A program made the position numbers and the translations under genes. Shown one piece after another: positions 55,411 through 64,000 of a stretch of 64,000 nucleotides of DNA (the stretch's first letter is position 1; each line of letters starts with the position of its first letter). Under the pieces are notes generated by a model, which searched no databases, was not told the origin of the DNA, and saw only the letters and a program-made list of their open reading frames with translations. Source of the stretch: Eledone cirrhosa (taxonomy: Eukaryota); the NCBI GenBank assembly GCA_964016885.1, contig OZ024746.1, positions 30,318,001 through 30,382,000 on the forward strand, read 5' to 3'.

Positions 55411-55700
55411 CATACACAGTCACAAACATACGGCCACACATACACATATAAATACAAACACGCGCAACCACACAAGCACACACACACACATGCAGAGGCA
55501 TACACAGTCACAAACATACGGCCACACATACACATATAAATACAAACACGCGCAACCACACAAGCACACACACACATGCAGAGGCATACACAGTCACAAA
55601 CATACGGCCACACATACACATATAAATACAAACACGCGCAACCACACAAGCACACAAACACATGCAGAGGCATACACAGTCACAAACATACAGCCTCACA
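55408..55700. repeat. ~86-88-bp CA-rich tandem repeat, about 3.3 copies
   Basis: aggcatacacagtcacaaacatacggccacacatacacatataaatacaaacacgcgcaaccacacaagc repeated. Confidence 0.85.
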
Positions 55701-56767
55701 TACATACATATATACACACAAACACACACAAGCTAAATACAATATGGTAGAAACATGTGAAACATCTGACATTAATATTTGGAGTTGTACAGAATTCTTG
55801 TTTTTTACTATTTTCCTATATTTTGTAATCTATTCTTGTCTACTTGTATTCTTGTATTCTTGTATGATTTGTTCGTTTATAAATTAAAGAGAAAAAAAAT
55901 AGTTTTGTCAGCTCCTTGTCGCAGCTGTATAGGAAGAACGCTATATCGAAACGACAATTTCAAAAACTAATATATTGTAAATGATGTAACACACTGTTCA
56001 AACAAACACACATACACGTACGTATACATACACGTACGCACGCCAATGTACATACATACACACTTACGTATACATACACACTTTCATAGATTTAGGCATG
56101 CACACACATATAGACATGCTCAAACATTTATGCACACATTTATATAAACATATATATGAACATATATATATATATATTCATACATTGCATAAGTACATTC
56201 ATACATACATACATACATACTTCCATGCACACACACAAAACAGGGGCGGTGGAACTGTGGGAGGGGGGCAGTGGGGCCATGCCCCCACCAACACTAACAG
56301 CCCCAACCCCACTGTACCCCCACCCCCAGAGTTTGGTAGTGATGGATAGAGTGGGAAGGTATGAGAGGTAGTGTTGTATGGTAGATATAGAGAGGGGGAT
56401 AATTGATCTAGAGAGGGAGGTTGTAGAGAGTATTGTATATTAGATATAGAGAGAGTAGGAGATTGATGTTTATTGATATAGAGAGGGAATTGGAACACTC
56501 CCTCCTCCACCTTCTCCTTCATGGCCTCCACTCCCACCTCAATCCCTACCATCTCCACCACCTCTACCTATACCACCTGTATCTCTATCTCCTCCACCAA
56601 CTCTACCTCCATCAACGCCACATCCACTTTATTCGTTAAACAACCCTCACTAACTGCAAAACCTTAGAAATATTCCCCTTTCTTCGCTCTCTCAACACAC
56701 CAACATTATTATCCGTTCTCTTAAAGTATCGATCTGATATTTTTTCCTTTTTTTTTTTTGTCGACAG

Positions 56768-56814
56768 AGAGCAGCACTTGTCGCCTCGAATTTCTGCACT
56801 TAACAGTGATTGGT
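56768..56814 (+). other. candidate 47-nt internal exon (unverified)
   Basis: Long pyrimidine tract + CAG acceptor (56740-56767) and GTAAGT donor (56815); open frame EQHLSPRISALNSDW; no homology recognised. Confidence 0.3.
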
Positions 56815-56964
56815 GTAAGTTTATTCTGTAATATAAAATGGCTGAATGTCTAAGCCTGAATCAATGTCTGCCGGGTGAGAGGTCAAATCTCATCGGAGGC
56901 CATTACAGCGTGTCTGAAGAAATCATTTAATTCAGTTTCATTCAATATTTCAACAAATATACAA

Positions 56965-57148
56965 TAATGGTTTCTAATTAAAGCACAAGACTAGCAAATA
57001 TGGGCGGAGAAAGGGCAAGTTGATTTCATTCAACCCCAGTACATGACTGGTGCTGTATTTTATCGACTTCGGAAAGATGAATGGCGAAGTTGATGTAAAA
57101 AGACACAAATATTATTGCTAAGCATTTGTCCGGGGATCTAACGACTCT
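56965..57148 (-). mobile_element. diverged tRNA-derived SINE
   Basis: accccagtacatgactggtgctgtattttatcgacttcggaaagatgaatggcgaagttga is the reverse complement of the family core. Confidence 0.6.
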
Positions 57149-59447
57149 AACCCTCTTGTACCATACAGATATACACTAAAGAAAATATATAAAATATTTT
57201 AGATAACAAAAGATGAGATAGAAAAGAGGAGAAACAATGTGTGTGTTGGAGAGAGGGCGTGAAAATCAAATAATGAAAAAGGGTGAAGGGTATATCTCTG
57301 CTGCACCCTACAGATAAGCTGGCATTATGGTCAACATTGAAGGCTGTACTATACATTCCACAAACACGTATACTGTTAACGTTAAACTGAGAAAGATTAC
57401 AGCTAGAGTCTATCTAATAAGATTCTAAATAGTTTCCATCTAAGCAGTTTTACTCAGAAGGCATAAGCTACCCAAGCACCCGAGACCTAATGATTGCCTC
57501 TACACCATATCACCTTAACAATTAGGTGATATGGTGTAGAGGAGTGATTTATCCTGAAATATCCTTCACTGGCTCGACTTCTTCAGCTAAACAGCCAAAA
57601 TATTTCCCCAATACAATAAGACAATTAAATATTAACAACGAGAATGAAAAGCATACAACTCGTATTTTGTTGTTGGACTTCCGTCGGTTCCGAAGAGAAA
57701 TGTTTTAGTTATTTGGGCAACGGAATGGCCTGCTCGGGAAATTGATGTGCAAGTGGCCGGGCATTCAATAGTAGACACGTATACCATTAATATAAATCTC
57801 GGGGAAATTCGGCGGAACACATAGTGTAACATGGCTGGCACATTGAATTATAGATACAACTTATTTTTCCCAGCTAAATAACCTGCAGCAAAGTAAAATG
57901 AAGTAACTTTCTCAAGCACACAATGTGCCACCGGGAATCTAACTTATGACCTTAAGACCGGGAGCTGATCACCCTAACAACTAAACTATGTACATTCACA
58001 ACACTTAGATTTATAGTGTTGCTAAATGGATCAATTAACATTAAGTTATATTTGGGTTTTGTTTTGTTTTTGTTTGTTTGTTTGTTTGTTTTCTTTTGTA
58101 TTCAACAAATAAGGGTGAGAAAAGAAAGTACTATCATCGTGTAGCAACTCGCAACAGAGGGTGGGGTTGGACTCGGACACTCTCAGATGGATCAGATACC
58201 ACAAAGCACCCTGTTCGACTCTGCCAATACCTCGCTTCTCTGGATTGGTAAAATGATGGTGAAATGGCATATTTATTAAATGCTTCACTATTTGTTCCAG
58301 TTTTCTGCGTTTTAAGTTCAAATCCCTCCGTGGCCAGCTTTCTGTTCTATCCAGATTATGTTCAACAAATGTTATTGATGGCCTAAACTTTTATAAATTG
58401 AGTAGTAAGACTATAAATACAGCCTGGTACCGTATATTTTTCTAATCAATTTCACATCGATTTTTTTTCTTTTTCCTAGAATATTAATCCTGAAGATTAT
58501 TGAATACAGCTGTTGTACATATTGATTCTGTGAAATTGAAGATTGGAGTGATTGAGAAGAGAAAGACTTATCTGAAAGTACTTCAGGTTTGCAGTACAAA
58601 ACGCAACCGTTCGTTTGCTAAGATATTTAAAAGATTAGAAGAAACTATCGAATAATTTGGTTTTATTTATTTATTTTTTATTTCTTCATTTCTCTCTTTC
58701 TCTCACACAAATATATTTCTTCACTAAATATTTGAGACCATCTGCTTGCTTTCTGATTAATGGCTGAATTATCGATACAACGAAATTTTGTAAATGTTTT
58801 TCTTCGATTACATTGTGTGTGTGTTTGCAGAGATCAAATTATATCCTCATCTGTGAAATTGAAGATGTTTCTACAGCTGTTTTTACAAAGAGCAGGTCAA
58901 CGTGCGATCTTTACAAATATTATCTTTCATTAACAATTAAATAGGAATTTATTACACACGTGAAAAAAAGTGCTTTTTAACAATATTTATCTAAATTTCA
59001 ACTATATTTCTTTACATTTGGTTTTTGATATTTTAATTTTTGTTAAGTTTTGGTTATTTATTTAATGTACAAAACAAAGGGAAATAATGTACTTTGAATA
59101 AAATAACGAAAGCGCCTTTATGTGGTTTCTTTTTATGCTAGAAATAACAACCAAATCTCCAGAAAAGTACTGTGTGTGGTTTTGAAAATTGAGACACATA
59201 TTGGATAAGGTAATCTTAAATAAGCTCTCCTAGTATGGGAGCAGATGATAAGTGGAATACCTTTTATCAAATGTGCGTGTGCCTGTGTGTGTGCGCGCGT
59301 ACGTATATGTGTATGTGTATGTTCCGTTAAAGGTGTAAGCAGCGATTCTTTGCTTAAACTTTAATGTTATTTTAATAAATTTTTATATATATATTATCCT
59401 TATCGAGCCCTCTTCGGATTTTAGTCTTCACATTTATTATTATTACT

Positions 59448-59515
<68 letters not shown>

Positions 59516-60339
59516 CTTTTATCAATACACCGAATATCGATCATTGTCTAGCAAATGCACTGGCCCACAGTTATGCTAAATATAACTCAACTAAGATTAT
59601 AAATGCTAGGAGCAGAAATACAAAAGTACATCAGTAAATATTGTCTAGATAAGATCTATCCAAGACCAAGCGTGAGCTATATGTATATAGTAAAATGTTA
59701 CCTACTGATGTTACATCTTAATGATGCCTGTTATTTAATAATGGTAATCAGCATTATTTCTTGGAAAATATATGAAGCTCACAACGTCCCATTTCACAAC
59801 ACTAAAATATATTACTATGAAACCTAAATTTAATTTAATATACACCATTGTATAATTTATTCCAACATTTTTCGTTTTCCCATCAGCTGTCACAGATTTC
59901 TTCTTCCTTCATATTGTTATTCTCATTAGATAAAAAAACAAAAAAAACAAGCAAGAATTTAGATTCTGACAAATCTAAACAAATGCTAATTAATATTGAG
60001 CTTTCTAGCAAAATATATATGTTTACATTTGGAAAACTAAGCGAAACTTGTTAATACAAAGAGTATACACACGTGAGAATATTTAAACAAAAAACAACTT
60101 TAGCACCAGTTTTATTTAAAAACATAAACATGTATTCATTGTACATCCGTAGGTTAACTAGCAATGTCTTTCATTATTTAATTTGATAAATTATATTACT
60201 AAAGACTCAATGAAAGAGGAAACAAATATATTCTTGTGAACAGGAAAACGAAAGAATAAAAAACACCAATAACAAATATGTGTGTATTTGTATGTGTGTG
60301 CGTGCGTATGTGTGTGTTTGAGTTTGTGTGTATGTATAA

Positions 60340-60377
<38 letters not shown>

Positions 60378-60867
60378 TTGAGTTTGTGTGTATGTATAGA
60401 TATATAGATACATATACGTGTGTGTGTGCGTATGTGTGTGTACAGTGAGAATGGGAGCATTTTTCGATTTGCCTTAATCCGTATTAATTACTAACGCTCT
60501 ATCGAAAACACGATCTCGTTCAGAAGATTGAATGTCTTATAGAGTACAACAAGCCTGAAACAGTTGCAAGAATACGAAGACGAAGTTGACAAATTAAATC
60601 TAATGACGACGTCATAGTAGCATCTGTGTTAGAGCTGAACGATTAAACATTACAACAAAATCTATATCGTATGAGAAAACTGAATGAAATAAACTGTGTG
60701 CGTGTGTGTGTGTGTGTGCTTGGAGGCACAGAAACTTCTTTCATTTTCTGAAATATATACAATTGATTTACTTTGACGCCGACATCGACAACCACCATTA
60801 TTTCATTGCTTTTCCTTTCCCTGGAGTCGAGTCTGTTTCCTTCTTTGTTTCTTTTCTTGTTCGTGTA

Positions 60868-60938
<71 letters not shown>

Positions 60939-61519
60939 TTTTGCATCTCATTATTGGCGATGCGCTATGTTCCTGCTAAGTATATTACATTGTGTGTGCG
61001 TATGTGTATATATACGTGTGTGTGTCTGTGTATGTTTGTATGTATGTCTGTGCATGTGTGTGTGTGTGTGTAGACTAAGGAATGTCTGAGTGGTTAAGAC
61101 GTTCTCTCATTAACCATGAGATTTCGATTATAAGCATTCAGTTGTTTTAACGTTCAACTCTTAAATCAACGTGTAAGTGGTTGAGTATTCGTCATGTGCA
61201 ACCTCAACATAATTCTCAGACAGAATCAGTGTTACACAGTGTGGCAATGTGGGAGCTTTGAATTACAGATATAGCACAGCTTTTATTATAGTGTAAGTAG
61301 TTGAGTATTCCACTGACACGTGTAACCTTAACGTAATTCTCAGGCAGAATTAGTGTGAAACGTTTGCGTTATAAGAACAATACCTCCGACAGGCTTCCGC
61401 ATAACATCTGTCAACCTGAAATGATTGATGATGAATGATCCTTCATAGGTTTCGGCGATGAGCCTTCATTTGCTCGATCAAGTAAACGGCTAACGCGTGG
61501 ATTAACATTTAGGTGGTTG

Positions 61520-62297
61520 AGTACTCCACTGTATTTGTGTTCGGATAAATGGGGCTAAGACCGAACCATTCAATGTGGGTGCGAGCTGTCATCTCTTTTG
61601 ATCATAATCTTTATGGACATGATTGACATGCGCAGCCGTACTGAAAATGGTATCAGGACAGGCTGGTATAGGATCAGTCGGCTGGAATTTGCAGATGACA
61701 CGATACTGCATAACTCGTCAGAAAGTGACCTCCAATATGCACTTGATAGGTTTCAAGCCGAGTGCTGCATGGCTGGAATGAAAGTCAGAGCAGCAAAAAT
61801 GAAGGCACTCATCCTCTCAAGGAATCCAGTGAACTGCACTCTGCATGTGAGTGGAGTTCCACTGAAGCAGATGCAGAAGATCAAGTGTTCACGAGTGAAG
61901 GAAGTAAGGAAGCTGAATTAAGTGGGAGAGTTGCAGGAGATGGAGCTGTAATGTGCCAACTTCAGTATTCGGTTATCCGGGGGATAAGTGAAAAAGCCAT
62001 ATTCAATATCATTAATTCGATATATTCGTGCCAACCCTTATCTATAGTAATGAATCTTGGGTACGAAAGGATTCGATGGTCTTGCATGCAAATTCAGCCG
62101 TATTAATTGGACACTGTTGTTTCTGACAGGATACGCTGAAAGGCGTGCTTGATGACACTACCGCCACGACCCTCCCAAAAAGAAGAAGAAGAAGAAGAAG
62201 AAGAAGAAGAAGAAGAAGAAGAAGAAGAAGAAGAAGAAGAAGAAGAAGAAGAAGAAGAAGAAGAAGAAGAAGAAGAAGAAGAAGAAGAAGAAGAAGA
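61520..62297 (+). mobile_element. decayed 3' part of an RTE-clade (Rex3/Expander-like) LINE with (AGA)n tail
   Basis: KTEPFNVG...ISRLEFADDTILHNSSESDLQYALDRFQAECCMAGMKV...LSRNPVNCTLHVSGVPLKQ; ends LPPRP then (AGA)n at 62181-62297. Confidence 0.85.
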
Positions 62298-63765
62298 TTG
62301 TACAGTCACGGGAACCCTAAATGTAATTTCGGTATTGAATCAGTGTAACAATTACTGGTACAATCCCTCCAGCTCGAACAGACATCCAAACAGATTCCGT
62401 CTCACCTAAAATAGTACGAAGTGGTATCAAACATGGAACCTCATGATTACCAGTCAAATATCTTAACCACTCAGCTATGCAATATAAAACATTATATATT
62501 TTATTCACTTCGATGTTTATGTTTGTCTGTGTCTGGCAAAATCTGTTTTAAATAGGTAAACATATTTACTGTTTGATCCTTGTTTAAACATTACAAAAAC
62601 AAAAACAAAACAACAATAATAAAATTAAAATTCAATAAACCTAGAAACTTCAAGGAAACCCTCCTTCTGTTATCGATATACAAAACAAAATACTGCGACT
62701 GTTGAATATTTCATACTATAATTCAATATATCCAGTAAGTTTCTTTAAATATTTGCTCATGGAAACATTCAGAATCTAACCACATTTGCTGTTGTGTTGC
62801 CTGTAGAGAAATCATATACTAGCCTAGACATGGAAGCAAATTAAAATAATTCTCTCATACATTTTTTTTTTGTTTGTGTCATTTACGTTGTCTGATCCAA
62901 TTATGTGAGAAACCATTAAGTGAACTCTGGTTAAAATTGGTTTCACCACTGAAATCAGATTTTGTCTATATGATTTCCTCCTTCTTTATACATAATGTAT
63001 GTGTATATTTGTCTGTGTGTTTGTGTTTGTGTTTTTGTGATTTTGTGTATGTGTGTGTGTGTATGTGTGTATGTGTGTGTGTATGTGCGAGTATGTGTGT
63101 GACCGTGTGTATGTGTCTATATGTGTGTATGTGTGTATGTATGTGTATGTGTATGTATGCGTTTGTGTTTGTTTATGTGTGTTTATGTGTGTATGTGTGT
63201 ATGTATGTATGTATGTGTATGTTTGTATGTGTATATCTGTGTTTGTGTGTGTGTACATGTGTGTCTATGTGTATGTGCAACTCTGTATGTGTGTTTGTGT
63301 GTGATTTATTGAAGCAAATACCTGCAAGATGGATGTAATATACTTCTTGCCCATGTCTGTAACTCTCTTTGGTTGTCGTCATTTCATTCTACTTGGAATT
63401 TCTAGTTTCTTAATATAAACTTAAAACCCACGTTTTCCTTTGTCACTTCTCATAAAAATATAAAATATTTGTCTTTACAAATCCTATAGTTTCATTCATG
63501 AAAAATTCTAGATTGAGGACCAGAATGAAATGCTTTCCTCAGGAAGACGCAGAAAAATTCCAAGAAGGCTTGGGCGAAACAGTTACGTACATTGTCTGTG
63601 GGGCCCAGCCTTGGCAAAGGAATGAATAAATCCAGAGCAAGGGTTAAAACGCTACACCCCAGGCTCACATATAGCATTTCAACCTATCAGGAATAAATCT
63701 TATGTGGTCTCAATGTTCCCTATTTAATGTTATTAAATCTGCACATCCACGAATTATGTCTATTA

Positions 63766-63921
<156 letters not shown>

Positions 63922-64000
63922 AGAGAGGGGGAGGGGGAGAGAGAGAGAGACATAAAGCGAGGAAGAGATAGACAGATAGATATTAATATATTTTCTATAT

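Overview
AT-rich, microsatellite-dense eukaryotic DNA with no recognisable intact host gene. The SINE families and the (TA)n/(GT)n density point to an octopus or other coleoid cephalopod genome (inference). Almost all ORFs in the supplied track are simple-repeat artefacts. The window contains: (1) a 4.5-kb array of 53 near-identical 85-bp units, each able to fold into a G-U-containing stem with a 10-nt loop on the + strand; (2) two disrupted Penelope-like retroelements (RT + GIY-YIG) from different lineages, plus further remnants; (3) about 16 minimal type I hammerhead ribozyme motifs, read by eye, mostly in short non-coding units between (TA)n tracts, including a 1.1-kb stack of four unrelated hammerheads, a recurring CCGANGA core variant and several fold-back palindromes carrying sense and antisense ribozyme copies; (4) decayed mariner, hATm-like and RTE remnants, tRNA-derived SINEs, MITE-like elements and minisatellites. 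All structures and homologies were assigned by eye; no searches were run.
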